A stretch of DNA of 64,000 nucleotides from an uncultured Gammaproteobacteria bacterium. Lineage in GTDB: Bacteria; Patescibacteriota; Microgenomatia; Woykebacterales; RBG-16-39-9b. Under the pieces are notes generated by a model. It saw only the letters and a program-made list of their open reading frames with translations. It searched no databases and was not told the DNA's origin. The stretch is taken from NCBI GenBank assembly GCA_964360785.1, contig CAYHXX010000002.1:92107-156106 (forward strand), written 5' to 3'. A program made the position numbers and the translations under genes. This document shows, piece by piece, positions 46,326-57,394 of this stretch. How positions within the stretch are numbered: position 1 is the stretch's first letter; each line of letters begins with the position of its first letter.

Positions 46326-47390
46326 ATGGCAAAAGCAGATTCCCCAATCCAAGAACTAATTACTCGTGGTCGTGAGCAGGGTTTTGTGACCCAAGAAGAC
46401 ATCCTCGCACTTTTTCCTGAAGCCGAAAGCAATGTCGAAGAACTTGATGACCTTTATAGCCGTTTGGCAGAAGAAGGTGTTGATGTCTTTGACACTGCGG
46501 AAGAAGACCAAAAACAAAGTGAACTTGAGAAAGAACTCGAAATAATCCAGGCAGTTGAGGAAGCCCAGATCACCGATCCAGTGAGAATGTATCTCAAGGA
46601 AATTGGTAGAATCTCCCTGCTGACAGGTAAAGAAGAAATCGATTTGGCGCAAAGAGCGGAAAACGGTGAGATTGAGGCAGTTGAAAAGTTGACCCAGGCA
46701 AACCTGAGGTTGGTTGTATCGATTGCAAAAAAATATGTTGGTCGAGGACTTACTTTGCTGGATCTTATCCAAGAAGGCAATATTGGTTTGATCCGAGCAG
46801 TCGAGAAGTTTGACTGGCGTAAAGGTTTTAAATTCTCAACCTATGCCACCTGGTGGATCCGCCAAGCAATTACCCGGGCAATTGCCGATCAAGCCCGAAC
46901 TATCCGAATTCCTGTCCACATGGTGGAAACAATCAACCGTTTCATCCGTACTTCCCGTAAACTTATGCAAGAACTCGGAAGAGAACCGTCCCCTGAAGAA
47001 ATTGCCAAAGAAATGGGAATTGAACCCGAGAAGGTACGGGAAATTATCAAAGTTTCCCAAGAACCAACCTCACTCGAAGCTCCGGTTGGGGAAGAAAAAG
47101 ACTCAACGCTTGGAGATTTTATTCCCGATGACGAGATCCGACCAGAAGATCAGGCCAGTGCTGAGCTGCTTAAGGCTCACCTTGGCGAAGTACTCGATAC
47201 ACTTAATGACCGCGAGAAAAAAGTTCTCAAACTGCGTTTCGGTCTCGAAGACGGTCGACAACGAACTTTGGAGGAGGTTGGAAAAGAGTTTGGTGTCACT
47301 CGAGAGCGTATTCGTCAGATCGAAGCTAAGGCCCTGCGCAAACTGCGCCACCCCACGCGCTCCAAAAAGCTCAAAGATTACCTTGAATAG
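46326..47390 (+). CDS. rpoD: RNA polymerase primary sigma factor
   Basis: [36 protein letters not shown]. Confidence 0.99.
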   Translation: MAKADSPIQELITRGREQGFVTQEDILALFPEAESNVEELDDLYSRLAEEGVDVFDTAEEDQKQSELEKELEIIQAVEEAQITDPVRMYLKEIGRISLLTGKEEIDLAQRAENGEIEAVEKLTQANLRLVVSIAKKYVGRGLTLLDLIQEGNIGLIRAVEKFDWRKGFKFSTYATWWIRQAITRAIADQARTIRIPVHMVETINRFIRTSRKLMQELGREPSPEEIAKEMGIEPEKVREIIKVSQEPTSLEAPVGEEKDSTLGDFIPDDEIRPEDQASAELLKAHLGEVLDTLNDREKKVLKLRFGLEDGRQRTLEEVGKEFGVTRERIRQIEAKALRKLRHPTRSKKLKDYLE

Positions 47391-47438
47391 TAGTAAGAAT
47401 TTGCAGCAAATTTATTTTTTAAGTAAAATATTTCGTTC

Positions 47439-47909
47439 ATGGGATTTAATTCACTTACATTTGGTTTTCTTGAATATCACCAGGTGATTGAGAAGATAGC
47501 CGCTTATATCAAAGAAGACGCTGATTCGGTCTACAAAATTATTGTCGGTAGCGACTCTGAAGCCAAAATTGGAGATGTTGATTTTGTCACTGCGATTATC
47601 GTCCACCGCCTGGGCAAGGGTGGAATCTATTTCTGGCAAAAACAAAAAATACGAAACCAATACAACATGCAGCAACGCATCGGTCATGAAACCCAACTTT
47701 CCCTTGAACTGGCCTGGAAGATTCGCGACAGCTTTCAGCACAACGGGCTTTCAGGTTATGAACCTGAAGTTCATATAGATATTGGTTTGATCGGAGTTTC
47801 CCGCGATATGGTCAAATGGGTGACCGGAATGGTCTTGGGTAGCGGGTTTGCCTATAAGATCAAACCAGAAAGTTTTGCTGCCTCAACAGTTGCTGATCGT
47901 TATACTTAA
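47439..47909 (+). CDS. RNase H-like YkuK family protein
   Basis: IIVGSDS, VHRLGKGG, VHIDIG, IKPESFAASTVAD. Confidence 0.88.
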   Translation: MGFNSLTFGFLEYHQVIEKIAAYIKEDADSVYKIIVGSDSEAKIGDVDFVTAIIVHRLGKGGIYFWQKQKIRNQYNMQQRIGHETQLSLELAWKIRDSFQHNGLSGYEPEVHIDIGLIGVSRDMVKWVTGMVLGSGFAYKIKPESFAASTVADRYT

Positions 47910-48013
47910 GCGATTTTGATTACCAACCAACGAAACCATAAAACCAGAATAACTATAATCGATAAAACAAGAAGAGCAAAAGTAGTAATCGCAAAAGCAG
48001 CTAAGGGAATTTT

Positions 48014-48334
48014 TCATCTTACCTTTTTTATATCGTTCTTAACTTTCTCTTTTATCTCAGAGCCTCTTCTTTTAATTTTTTCTTCAATTTCTGGGTCCAT
48101 ATTTTTCAGATGCGCTAGTAGAGATTCGTCATTAGGTTCTTTATTAAACTGAACTATAAAACTTTCATGATGCTCAATTGGTAAACAGTCTAGACAAATT
48201 GCCAAGATCTCGTGGTGAAACGTTGAGTCAATCAAGTTAAGTAGGTGATAGTGCTCTTGAGTAGGTAGCTTGAGAACCAGTAAGTCTTGGTGCAGTTCGT
48301 CCAAACCAACTAAATGGTCATAAAAAACACTCAT
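48014..48334 (-). CDS. hypothetical protein
   Basis: 106-aa ORF coupled to the upstream gene. Confidence 0.75.
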   Translation of the reverse strand: MSVFYDHLVGLDELHQDLLVLKLPTQEHYHLLNLIDSTFHHEILAICLDCLPIEHHESFIVQFNKEPNDESLLAHLKNMDPEIEEKIKRRGSEIKEKVKNDIKKVR

Positions 48335-48912
48335 AGTTCTTTCTCCTGATGATTTATTCCTAAGTCTTCAGGGTGAGGCCCTGGGCTTTTTGCTTTACCG
48401 TGGTCGTTATCCTCACCACGGTGCAATCCTAAATCATGAAACCCATGCTCTTTTGGTGGAGCCATATAGCTACGACCGTGAATGTGGCCTTGGGATTTCT
48501 TGTCATCGCTGTCTCGGCCATTTACCTGTGAAGGTGAGTGACCAGCCAGGTTGTTATGAATATTTGTGTTTGAAGTTGGTGTTTGCTGGTTCTTGTGCGA
48601 CAAGCCTCCGTCTGGCTTTTCTATCTGTTTTTCAATACTCAAGGTTTTCAAATTTGGTTCATGTTTTGTTTCGAGAGGAGGATTTCCCAGTAAATGGGGA
48701 AATGCCAAAAAAGCTCCCAAAACTGTTGCTGCAGTAGCCGCCTTGACTCCTTTGCGGCGAATTTGTTGTAAATCAATATTGTGACGGGCAAAGATATCTC
48801 TGGTGTGAGGGTGTTTTTCATGGAGAGCCTGTTTAGAAGAGCGTTCGTTGTGGGATAAGATTCTCGCTATATCTTGGAATTTATTTTGATTACGGAAGTT
48901 AAAAAAGGACAT
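48331..48912 (-). CDS. hypothetical protein with TM and His-rich tail
   Basis: 193-aa ORF. Confidence 0.7.
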   Translation of the reverse strand: MSFFNFRNQNKFQDIARILSHNERSSKQALHEKHPHTRDIFARHNIDLQQIRRKGVKAATAATVLGAFLAFPHLLGNPPLETKHEPNLKTLSIEKQIEKPDGGLSHKNQQTPTSNTNIHNNLAGHSPSQVNGRDSDDKKSQGHIHGRSYMAPPKEHGFHDLGLHRGEDNDHGKAKSPGPHPEDLGINHQEKEL

Positions 48913-49035
48913 TAAGGTTATTATAAGTTATGAATAACTTCCCAGCAAGCTAGCCTTGGTTGGCAGTATTCTTAGAATGCAACGGAGTTGATTTTGATCT
49001 GAGCTTGTGTATAATAATCGAGTCCAAGTCTACAT

Positions 49036-49110
49036 TCCCCGGTAGCTCAACGGTAGAGCACCTCGCTGTTAACGAGATTGTTGTAGGTTCGAATCCTACC
49101 CGGGGAGCCA
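49036..49110 (+). tRNA. tRNA-Asn(GTT)
   Basis: CTCG-CTGTTAA-CGAG, TCCCCGG/CCGGGGA acceptor, CCA. Confidence 0.96.
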
Positions 49111-49214
49111 GAAAAAGGCGATTGAGTTTATCTCAAGCGTCTTTTTCTTGTTTTCAGGGATGAGAACCTATGTGAGAATCCCTAGCTTTCTTAAGCGCAG
49201 GTCGCGCTAGCGAT

Positions 49215-49229
49215 CTACCCGGGGAGCCA
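49215..49229 (+). repeat. duplicated tRNA-Asn 3' end (att-like)
   Basis: CTACCCGGGGAGCCA identical to 49096-49110. Confidence 0.88.
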
Positions 49230-49290
49230 AATATTTTAGCCTCAAACTCTACGCATTCCTCAAAAGTAAAGTTTATTATATAATCCACTC

Positions 49291-49605
49291 GTGACTTTAA
49301 AGAAACTACAGAAAAGAATCTTTGCAAACAAAATTAAACAGGGTTTTAATATCTCTTCAGACTACAAGGGTATCAGTCATGAAATTTCGTTGTTGGTAGA
49401 GGAGTTAGGTGAGTTGGCACGAAGTCATAGGAGAGGTAACAAGGAAGGCATTGTTGATGCTAACATCGATTTATTAGTTCATATATTGGGGCTGATGGAA
49501 ATATTGGGATTAGATGGAGATGAAGAGGTGGGAAAAGTATTGATTGAAGTAGAAAAAAGGAAGTATGCCAAGGGTGCTGACGGAACTTATAAAAGACTTA
49601 AATAA
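49291..49605 (+). CDS. MazG-like nucleotide pyrophosphohydrolase
   Basis: LLVEELGELARS...D motif. Confidence 0.8.
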   Translation: MTLKKLQKRIFANKIKQGFNISSDYKGISHEISLLVEELGELARSHRRGNKEGIVDANIDLLVHILGLMEILGLDGDEEVGKVLIEVEKRKYAKGADGTYKRLK

Positions 49606-49641
49606 AAAGTTTCCACATACTGAGTCATAGCAGAAAGATAG

Positions 49642-50061
49642 TCAGGATTTTTTTAAAGCCTCTACCAAAATTTCGTTTGTCCCTGGAAGGGAATCTAGAT
49701 CCTTTACTTTATCTAGTTCCACCCAATCAACTTTCTGGACGTGATGGTCTTCTGGTTTTTCATCTTGCGAAACGAAATCGCACACAAAAATAAAGCATAG
49801 AGTTTGCTGATTGCCCCAATCATACTTCCAGTAATTTGTCTGCACGTAGGGAAGTAAGCGGTTTACTGTTACCTTAACACCTGTTTCCTCTAGTACCTCT
49901 CGAACAATTGCCTCTTGTGGAGTTTCACCGAAATCAGCTTTACCACCAGGATATTCCCATTTTAGATGAGCGTCAGGAAGCTCACTTTCCTTACGCAATG
50001 TCATCAATAATTTGTTGTCTTTGATTACAACTGCCGAGAAAACAGTAATTTGCTTATCCAT
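49642..50061 (-). CDS. NUDIX hydrolase (MutT-like)
   Basis: WEYPGGKADFGETPQEAIVREVLEETG. Confidence 0.93.
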   Translation of the reverse strand: MDKQITVFSAVVIKDNKLLMTLRKESELPDAHLKWEYPGGKADFGETPQEAIVREVLEETGVKVTVNRLLPYVQTNYWKYDWGNQQTLCFIFVCDFVSQDEKPEDHHVQKVDWVELDKVKDLDSLPGTNEILVEALKKS

Positions 50062-50250
50062 AAGTTAAATTATAACAACTTTATGGTCCTGAGTGCTTTG
50101 AAAGGCTAGTTTTTTGTTGGGGAAAGTCTTCATAACAGAAATACTGAAAGCTGATATACAAATATTTTTGGTATATCAGGTGTTATATACCCGCAGATTA
50201 AGTATATCAGAATATTGACATTCTGTTATACACAAGGTATTATTTACTTA

Positions 50251-51339
50251 ATGGCAACTCACCATCTTCCAAAATCCTTACCTCCAACACTTAACTATGG
50301 GGAATTTGCGAAAGAGCTAGCAAAAGCTACTTATCAAATTGGACTATTACAAGGCTCCCAGGCAAGGCTACAAAATGCTTTCCACCTGATTGGACCTCTT
50401 GTTGCTAAAGAAGCTGCAGTTAGTTCAAAAATTGAAGGAACGCAAAGTACATCATCAGATATATACATCTACGATGCTGGTGGTAAGCCTAAATACTCTG
50501 ATACACCAGTCGTGTCAAATTATCGGGCGGCTATGTTGGATGCAATTTCATCAATAAAAGCAGGAAGAAATTTAACAAATAGTTTGATAAAGTCACTTCA
50601 CGCAACTTTGTTAAAGGATGTTAGGCACAAAGGTGTATTAGGTGATTTTAGAGATAAGCCAGTTTGGATTGCTGAAAAAGAAGGAGACCCGATTGAGAAA
50701 GCGTTGTACATACCCCCCGAACATTTCCATGTACCCTCGTATATGGAAAATATACTAGATTATGTTGAGAACAATAAGGACGATTTAAATATTGTTAAGG
50801 CTGGGGTGGTACATTACCAATTTGAAGCGGTTCACCCGTTTGAAGATGGCAACGGAAGAATAGGGCGATTATTGATTCCCCTAATCCTGTTTTACAAAAG
50901 AGAATTATCATTGCCTATTGTTTATAGTAGCGGTTATTTTGAAGCTAGGGCTTCAGAGTACAGGGATGCATTAAGAATTGTTGATGAGACAGGTAAGTAT
51001 GAAAAGTGGCTAGTGTTCTTTTTTGATGCGATTTCGGAACAAGCAAAAGAAACTATTAACTTAATTGATAGAATACTTTTGTTGCGTAACACAATTCAAT
51101 CTAAGTACGAAAGTTCTAAATCTCCTTACATGAATAGGTTTATAGACTATTTATTTGAATCACCAATATTTACTATTCCACAAATGCAAAACAAAATTTC
51201 TATTGGTGTTAGGTTAACGGCGGTCAGATTGGTCGAGCAACTTGAAAAAGACAATGTGATTCAAGAAGTAAGAGGAACTAAGGGTCCTAGAGGCTCTAAA
51301 TTATTCGCCTTCAATAACTTGTTAGCAATAATTAGGTAG
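50251..51339 (+). CDS. Fic family protein
   Basis: HPFEDGNGRIGR, SSKIEGT; TTGACA-17-TATTAT promoter just upstream. Confidence 0.95.
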   Translation: MATHHLPKSLPPTLNYGEFAKELAKATYQIGLLQGSQARLQNAFHLIGPLVAKEAAVSSKIEGTQSTSSDIYIYDAGGKPKYSDTPVVSNYRAAMLDAISSIKAGRNLTNSLIKSLHATLLKDVRHKGVLGDFRDKPVWIAEKEGDPIEKALYIPPEHFHVPSYMENILDYVENNKDDLNIVKAGVVHYQFEAVHPFEDGNGRIGRLLIPLILFYKRELSLPIVYSSGYFEARASEYRDALRIVDETGKYEKWLVFFFDAISEQAKETINLIDRILLLRNTIQSKYESSKSPYMNRFIDYLFESPIFTIPQMQNKISIGVRLTAVRLVEQLEKDNVIQEVRGTKGPRGSKLFAFNNLLAIIR

Positions 51340-51472
51340 AAGTATAGAAGGTTCCAACATACTCGACCAGAGCGAGCCATTACCCCATAGTATTGATTTC
51401 TTTATTTATTTCCTATATAATGTGCCTTGTCTGCGGTGGATGTAAAGGCCACGAGACAAGGAGAGTTGATCG

Positions 51473-51829
51473 ATGGTTAGTCTCAATCTAACTGCAGTAC
51501 TCGAAGAAAGTGAAGTGAAAGGACTTCGAGCGGGTCTCAAAGAGCTCCTTCGTTGCCAGAAAGAGTTAAGGTCATTAGTACCTGACCTTGACCATACAGG
51601 GCAGGTTGATATAGAGAATCTTCTCTTGACCGACCGACCAGAATTTGCACCACGGATTAGAATCCTGCTAAACACAATGCAGGACGTGAGGCAAGAAGTG
51701 CAGAAGGTCGCAGAGAAGGCATCTAAACGACTCCGAGAGTCTTTGTGTTCTGCATTGCTGCCTGGTTCTGAAACCTTCGTAGACAAGTTGGAGTACGAAG
51801 ACCTTCTAGATCAGGTGATGTCTTCGTAA
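51473..51829 (+). CDS. hypothetical protein
   Basis: 118 aa, AAGGAG SD. Confidence 0.7.
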   Translation: MVSLNLTAVLEESEVKGLRAGLKELLRCQKELRSLVPDLDHTGQVDIENLLLTDRPEFAPRIRILLNTMQDVRQEVQKVAEKASKRLRESLCSALLPGSETFVDKLEYEDLLDQVMSS

Positions 51830-52181
51830 GCCAGTCCCATTCCGCTCAACGAGACTCTAAATTTTATTTGGGGAGAAAGTGTCCTTTGGGTGCGAGGTGG
51901 GACAAAAGAGAAATCTTAAATCCTCGCCAATCCCAAGCAAATCTTTAAACAAGGTTTCCTTAGGACAAGTAACTAGCTGAAAGGCTAGTTTTTTGTTGGT
52001 AAAAAGTTCCCACATAATCGACTAGAGCGAGCCAATAAGGCAAGTAATTGTGGTCTTGAAAAATAGGATTAAATTCATTAAGATTTTGACTAGGAATTAA
52101 GAGAACCGTTCGGATAAATCGAAGCGGTCTTTTGATTCTTTGGCTAGCTATTAAAGGCTAGTTTTTTGTTACACTAAGGAA

Positions 52182-53048
52182 ATGGACATATTATTTGCTT
52201 GGGTTGCTTCTATTTCCTCAGGTATCTCACCGCTTGTAGTTAAAGCCTCAAGTAAATCGCTAATAAAGAACCCCTGGCTTTTTAATCTGTTGTGGATTGC
52301 CTTTGGTATCCCGCTAATAGTAGCTCTGGCTCTGTGGCAGGGTGGGGGTTTACCGAAAGATTGGTTGTCAATAACATTTTTAGCAATCAGCTCAGCCTTG
52401 TTTTACGCGTTGTACACAATTTCACTTTACAAGATTGACGTTACAACAATGGGGCCATTGTTTAGCCTTAGGACAGTCTTCGCCGTTATATTAGGAGTTG
52501 TAGTCCTACACGAAAATGTTAGTCCTTTTGGGTTAGGACTAATTTTACTGATTGTATTGATGAGCCCTTTTGCCGCGTACAACGAGAACTTAAAAATGAG
52601 AGCTTTTTTCCAGAAATACGTTCTAGTAGCAGTTGCTTCTATGGTCTTTCTCGCTCTTGATGGTTATTTTACTAATATCTCAGTTAATAAAAATGGTTAC
52701 GCAACAACTTTGTTATGGCAGGACCTCCTTACGCTAGCTCTACTTCTACCAACATTAAAGTTCGTAAAAAAGGAGGAAACAGGGGAGTTTAAGACCAAAA
52801 ATTTCTACCCATTTATGCTACTTGGACTAACCCACTTTGGGTATCTTGTTACTGCCAATCTGGCTTACGCCCACAATCTTGCTCTGAGTAGTGTCGTTGT
52901 GTCTCTACCGCTATCAATGGTGTTTGCCTATTTGTTGTCTCGACGATACCCGAAATTTTTGGAAAATCATTCTTCAAAAGTGTACTTGATACGTTTTTCT
53001 GCCGCATTAGTGATGGTTAGTTGTGCTATTTGGTTGAGTTTTCTCTAG
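52182..53048 (+). CDS. EamA/DMT family transporter
   Basis: About 10 TM helices in two repeats, LGVVVLHE. Confidence 0.85.
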   Translation: MDILFAWVASISSGISPLVVKASSKSLIKNPWLFNLLWIAFGIPLIVALALWQGGGLPKDWLSITFLAISSALFYALYTISLYKIDVTTMGPLFSLRTVFAVILGVVVLHENVSPFGLGLILLIVLMSPFAAYNENLKMRAFFQKYVLVAVASMVFLALDGYFTNISVNKNGYATTLLWQDLLTLALLLPTLKFVKKEETGEFKTKNFYPFMLLGLTHFGYLVTANLAYAHNLALSSVVVSLPLSMVFAYLLSRRYPKFLENHSSKVYLIRFSAALVMVSCAIWLSFL

Positions 53049-53213
53049 ATTCTAATTAGCGTAAGTTGTTTGGTAGTGGGTTCCTACGTAATCGACCAGA
53101 GCGAGCCAGAAAAAGGCGACCGAAATCCTTCAGGCGTCTTTTTCTAGTTTTGGAGTCGGTGGGAGCCTTTTGGGTTATTTGACATGTAAGTAGCAACTTG
53201 AGAGCATGGTTTT

Positions 53214-54260
53214 ATGGAGTCAAATCAGAAAACTCATCCTAAACCATTATCCCAACCAATTATTCAACATCAACCATCCAATACCACCCCAACTAATTCT
53301 CCTTCAAAATCAAAACTAAAAATTTATATTGCAACCTTTGTAATAGCTATTTTGCTGATTAGCATTGGCGGGCATATGTTAAGTAAAACTAAATTCACAA
53401 AACCGACATCGACACAAGACTCTGTGTATTCGCCAGCGTCTATCCCGACAATACCCGCAACAAGCGCATCCGCCATTACTTCACCCCCATCAAGTATGGA
53501 AGGTATTAATACTCATACGGAATTGTATAGTAATACTGGTGCTGATCAAAATCTAATTACACTTGGTCCCAAAATTGACAGTTATTCAAGATCGATGCCC
53601 TATCTTGGAAAACGTGGATTCGAATTCGAACTTGATAGTAAAGCACCGCTACTTGCGCCTATGGATATGATATTAACAGGATTTCAAAATAATAGTACCG
53701 AATATGGGATTGGAGCAGACGGGCAAAAATACACACCAATGAACGACCTCATGTTGTCTTTTGAATCCGACAGTCCTGATTGGCCAGGCGTAGTTATTGT
53801 TTTATATCATTTATATACCTCACCTTTAATACCTGGGCACTATCAAAATTCAGATTGCGGCGATATTGAAATAGGTTCTAATAAATTCCAATCCGAGGGA
53901 CATCTTTTCTTTGCATATGATGATTACACAGTCTCACCAAAAAATAACGCAGAAGCTTGCCAAGCGCTCATCGGATACAAGGTAAAGCGTGGTGAACTGA
54001 TTGGATATGCAGGCAATGTAGGCGAGCACTCCTTTGCTTCATTCTGTTTCAAGGTGCCAGACAAATCAATAAGTCCGATTGTAAAAAAGGGAAACCAAAA
54101 TCTGCATTGGGTTCAGCCGGCATCGTTCTTCTATTGGAAGAGTTACAGCCCTGATGCGGATTTCCCGCCTGGAGTGCTTGCGTACCCCTTTGAAATTGAC
54201 GGCTATCAGCTTCCTGCTAAACAACATGATGTGAATTTTAAGTACACCTCAACGAAATAA
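53214..54260 (+). CDS. membrane-anchored hypothetical protein, divergent M23-like fold
   Basis: PLLAPMD, LYHL, VKRGELIGYAG. Confidence 0.7.
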   Translation: MESNQKTHPKPLSQPIIQHQPSNTTPTNSPSKSKLKIYIATFVIAILLISIGGHMLSKTKFTKPTSTQDSVYSPASIPTIPATSASAITSPPSSMEGINTHTELYSNTGADQNLITLGPKIDSYSRSMPYLGKRGFEFELDSKAPLLAPMDMILTGFQNNSTEYGIGADGQKYTPMNDLMLSFESDSPDWPGVVIVLYHLYTSPLIPGHYQNSDCGDIEIGSNKFQSEGHLFFAYDDYTVSPKNNAEACQALIGYKVKRGELIGYAGNVGEHSFASFCFKVPDKSISPIVKKGNQNLHWVQPASFFYWKSYSPDADFPPGVLAYPFEIDGYQLPAKQHDVNFKYTSTK

Positions 54261-54467
54261 AATATGTTCTAACATCGCCCACTAGGTGGAGCCAGAAAAA
54301 GGCGACTGAAATCTTTCAGGCGTCTTTTCTCGTTTTCAGGGATGAGAACCTACGTGAGAATAGTACTTTTGCGAAGCAAATGCAGAGAGCGTTGGCGACC
54401 CACCTACGAAGCCAGTTTATTCCGTTACCTATTGACAATAATTAAGAAAACTCAGAACATTGATACA

Positions 54468-55106
54468 ATGCCAGATCAAGTTTTATCACATCCTCAAGAT
54501 CGTTCGGGACCCAACACTAAAATAATAAGTCTTATTATTTTTGTTCTTGGGGCAGTTGTAATTTTATCCGTGGCTGGTTTTTGGTATTTAAGAGACAAAC
54601 AGTCTCCAGATTCAAATGAAACCTCAACAAATAGTAGTTCTTTAAATAAAAAGGAAAGCCTTGAATTCTACGCCCCTGCTTTTGTGCCTGAAGGTTATAA
54701 AATTTATGAGAGTTCATTAAAAGACTATTTCAATTACGGGCCAAACTATTATGAGATTGTTTACATTTATGGAAACAACAATAGTAATGATCCTTTTCCA
54801 TTTAATATCACCTCTTTTGCTAAACCATCTTATTTCAACCCCCCTACTGACTGTGGTTGGCAAAGACCTGACCCAAGCACCCGAAAAGGCAATCATGTGG
54901 AACAAAAATGCCGGTTGGTTGCAACACTAGCTAATGGGTCGGACGTGTTTTATGCGGAACTTTTAAACGATGCTGGGTCAGTGTATTACACCAAAATAGA
55001 TAATACTGAGATTACTTTAGGAACGGGTATAGGAACTTCTAGAGCCCTAATAAACGAACATGATGCAATAAAGGTACTTAACTCTCTAGAGAAGAAATCA
55101 CAATAG
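54468..55106 (+). CDS. membrane-anchored hypothetical protein
   Basis: Start reassigned to ATG 54468; single TM. Confidence 0.75.
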   Translation: MPDQVLSHPQDRSGPNTKIISLIIFVLGAVVILSVAGFWYLRDKQSPDSNETSTNSSSLNKKESLEFYAPAFVPEGYKIYESSLKDYFNYGPNYYEIVYIYGNNNSNDPFPFNITSFAKPSYFNPPTDCGWQRPDPSTRKGNHVEQKCRLVATLANGSDVFYAELLNDAGSVYYTKIDNTEITLGTGIGTSRALINEHDAIKVLNSLEKKSQ

Positions 55107-55174
55107 TAGTTAAATACGAACTTAACCCCTTTTGTAAAAACTTCCCAACACACTCGACCAGAGCGAGCTAAGAA

Positions 55175-55726
55175 TTATTTTATTTTCCTCTTCCATGCAA
55201 GGACTAACAAAATCAGACCAGCTGCCTCTAGTAGAATACCTATTAGCTGCATAGTGCTTGCAGCCGAAACCCAACTTGCAGCTTCTTCCAAATACCAAGT
55301 TCTCTTTAGTTCTATTGCAGAAGAAACCCACTTGACCACTTCGATTCTGTAAAGAGCGGCGTTAAAAAAGAAAACCAAGGCCACCGACGCCAGGGTAAGT
55401 CCAAGTAAGGCCTTGATTTGGTTTAGATCCAGCTTGTTAAATAGAGGCTTGGATATATCAGTAGCCGCTTTGTTCTTAAGAAGCATCAGAAAGCTAACCA
55501 CCAAAAGTATAAAAGCTATAACGAAAGCAATCCCTGCACCCCTAATCCAATTCCAGCCAACTTCGGCATAGGCATCCAGAGGCTCTTCTTTATAAGCAGC
55601 TAGCCAACCGAAGCCTTCAAACAAATAAACTGTAGCAAAAACGAGTAAGCTTATACCGATAGAGACGAAAACAACACTTATCCAACCGCTCTTTTTGTTA
55701 AAGTCAAAACGCTGAAGGTAATTCAT
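55175..55726 (-). CDS. four-TM membrane protein
   Basis: 183-aa hydrophobic ORF. Confidence 0.8.
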   Translation of the reverse strand: MNYLQRFDFNKKSGWISVVFVSIGISLLVFATVYLFEGFGWLAAYKEEPLDAYAEVGWNWIRGAGIAFVIAFILLVVSFLMLLKNKAATDISKPLFNKLDLNQIKALLGLTLASVALVFFFNAALYRIEVVKWVSSAIELKRTWYLEEAASWVSAASTMQLIGILLEAAGLILLVLAWKRKIK

Positions 55727-55881
55727 TTATTTAATTATACAAAATTTCTAAGATAAAAAGCTCCTGACTTCGTTTACAAACGGTGCCAATTTGTTTTCCT
55801 TCCCTCAAGTTGCTTTTCCAAAATTTTAGTACTAAAATTCCGACAACCAAGCAAGCATGGGGAGCGGTTACGGAGGGATCC

Positions 55882-56676
55882 ATGAGTAACCTAAACAGTA
55901 CGGTGCTGGTGGCCGACAACGATCTTGGTGCGCAGAGGCTGTTCAGGATTGCGCTGCTAAAGCAGTTCAACGTCCACACAGTGGTGCCAAACGGCGATCA
56001 AACCACGCTTGAGATGTTTGCAGCTCTTGCACAGACGGTTCTTCCTGATCTGATCATACTTGATCCACAGACGACGGGATTGTCAGTGCAGGCTGTCCGA
56101 AAGGAGCTGAAGACACCACTCATGGTAGTTTCGGGTCTATGTGCGGACACCAATATACGTTTGTCCTATCTGAACGACGGTGCCGACGACAGTCAGACAA
56201 AGCCGTTTGGCGGTGATGAGCTAGCTGCCAGAATTCGGGCTGTTCTTCGGCCCTACGCCCGCCGCACTTCTGAGCTGAGAGATGTGATCGAGATTGGAGA
56301 TGTCTGCATCGACCTGAATAGCAGGCTCATCACCAAAAGTGGAAAGAGCATCACGCTCACCCGGACTGAGTTCAATCTTCTTGAGATGATGGTGGGTAAG
56401 GTAAATTGTCTGCTTAGCTACGGACAAATCCTTGCGCACGTTTGGGGTCCTGAGTATGTAAACGATTCCTCAAACCTGCAAAACTGGGTCTACAGGCTGC
56501 GGGGCAAGCTCGAAGACGACCCACGACACCCGCGTCTGATAAAGACCTTCCAAGGAATTGGCTACATGTTGTGTCAGCTGGGTGTAGAGCCAGAGTTGAC
56601 CGACCAGTTCTCAACTGTAGACAAGACAATAGAGTTGCCTCACGAGATTCAAGAGAGAACTCCGGCATTGGTTTAG
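55882..56676 (+). CDS. orphan OmpR/KdpE-like response regulator
   Basis: PDLIILD, GADD..TKPF, LTRTEFNLL, RLRGKLEDDPRHPRLIKT..GIGY; GGAGG SD. Confidence 0.92.
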   Translation: MSNLNSTVLVADNDLGAQRLFRIALLKQFNVHTVVPNGDQTTLEMFAALAQTVLPDLIILDPQTTGLSVQAVRKELKTPLMVVSGLCADTNIRLSYLNDGADDSQTKPFGGDELAARIRAVLRPYARRTSELRDVIEIGDVCIDLNSRLITKSGKSITLTRTEFNLLEMMVGKVNCLLSYGQILAHVWGPEYVNDSSNLQNWVYRLRGKLEDDPRHPRLIKTFQGIGYMLCQLGVEPELTDQFSTVDKTIELPHEIQERTPALV

Positions 56677-56851
56677 CCCTGTCCGGAGCGTAAATTGGAT
56701 GTCAACTAGGCCAGCATCCCACCGCACCCGAAGCGCCCTAGTTACTATGACGGGCGTATGCGACACGACGGTGGGGTTTGGTACGGGAGGTTGTTGTGAA
56801 AGCACGGCCTTCCTTCTTTATTTAAGAACAGAATAAAGTAAAATTGAAAAA

Positions 56852-57394
56852 CTAATTTAAGGGTTGAATGTTTGGGTGCTCGGCTTTTTCATCGACGAGA
56901 TATTTATAACCAATTGGTTCGACTGTATCGATTCCTAAAACTTTTACTAAATCTATTAGCTTATCTTCAGCGAAAACGTGTTTAGAAGAAAAGACGTTAT
57001 TAATTTGATCTTCAGTAACACCTTCTTTAGCAATTTCTTTAAGCAGGGCACCGTGATTATTTTCTGTTATAAGCTTTTGAGTATCCTCGGACTCATCTTC
57101 AATAAATTCCTCCAAACTTGTAAACGCATCAATTAAGTCACCATTTTTGTAGTAATAGTAAATGAGAGCATCGCTATCGTGTACAAGAAAAGCTATCGCA
57201 GGACATCTAAACATACTTGAACAGGTTTGAGTGAAAGCATGGAGTGTAGCAATGTCTTGTTCCTCAGTTTCTTGAGGGTAAATAGTTATCCAAATTGGAT
57301 TCGAAGAAACAAAAACCTTTTTGTCTTTTAAGGCTACTTTAATAGTCTCAAGATCGTTGGTTTTAAGACTAATATTTGTGAAGAAAGCTCCCAT
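56852..57394 (-). CDS. hypothetical protein
   Basis: 180 aa, AFLVHDSD motif. Confidence 0.8.
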   Translation of the reverse strand: MGAFFTNISLKTNDLETIKVALKDKKVFVSSNPIWITIYPQETEEQDIATLHAFTQTCSSMFRCPAIAFLVHDSDALIYYYYKNGDLIDAFTSLEEFIEDESEDTQKLITENNHGALLKEIAKEGVTEDQINNVFSSKHVFAEDKLIDLVKVLGIDTVEPIGYKYLVDEKAEHPNIQPLN

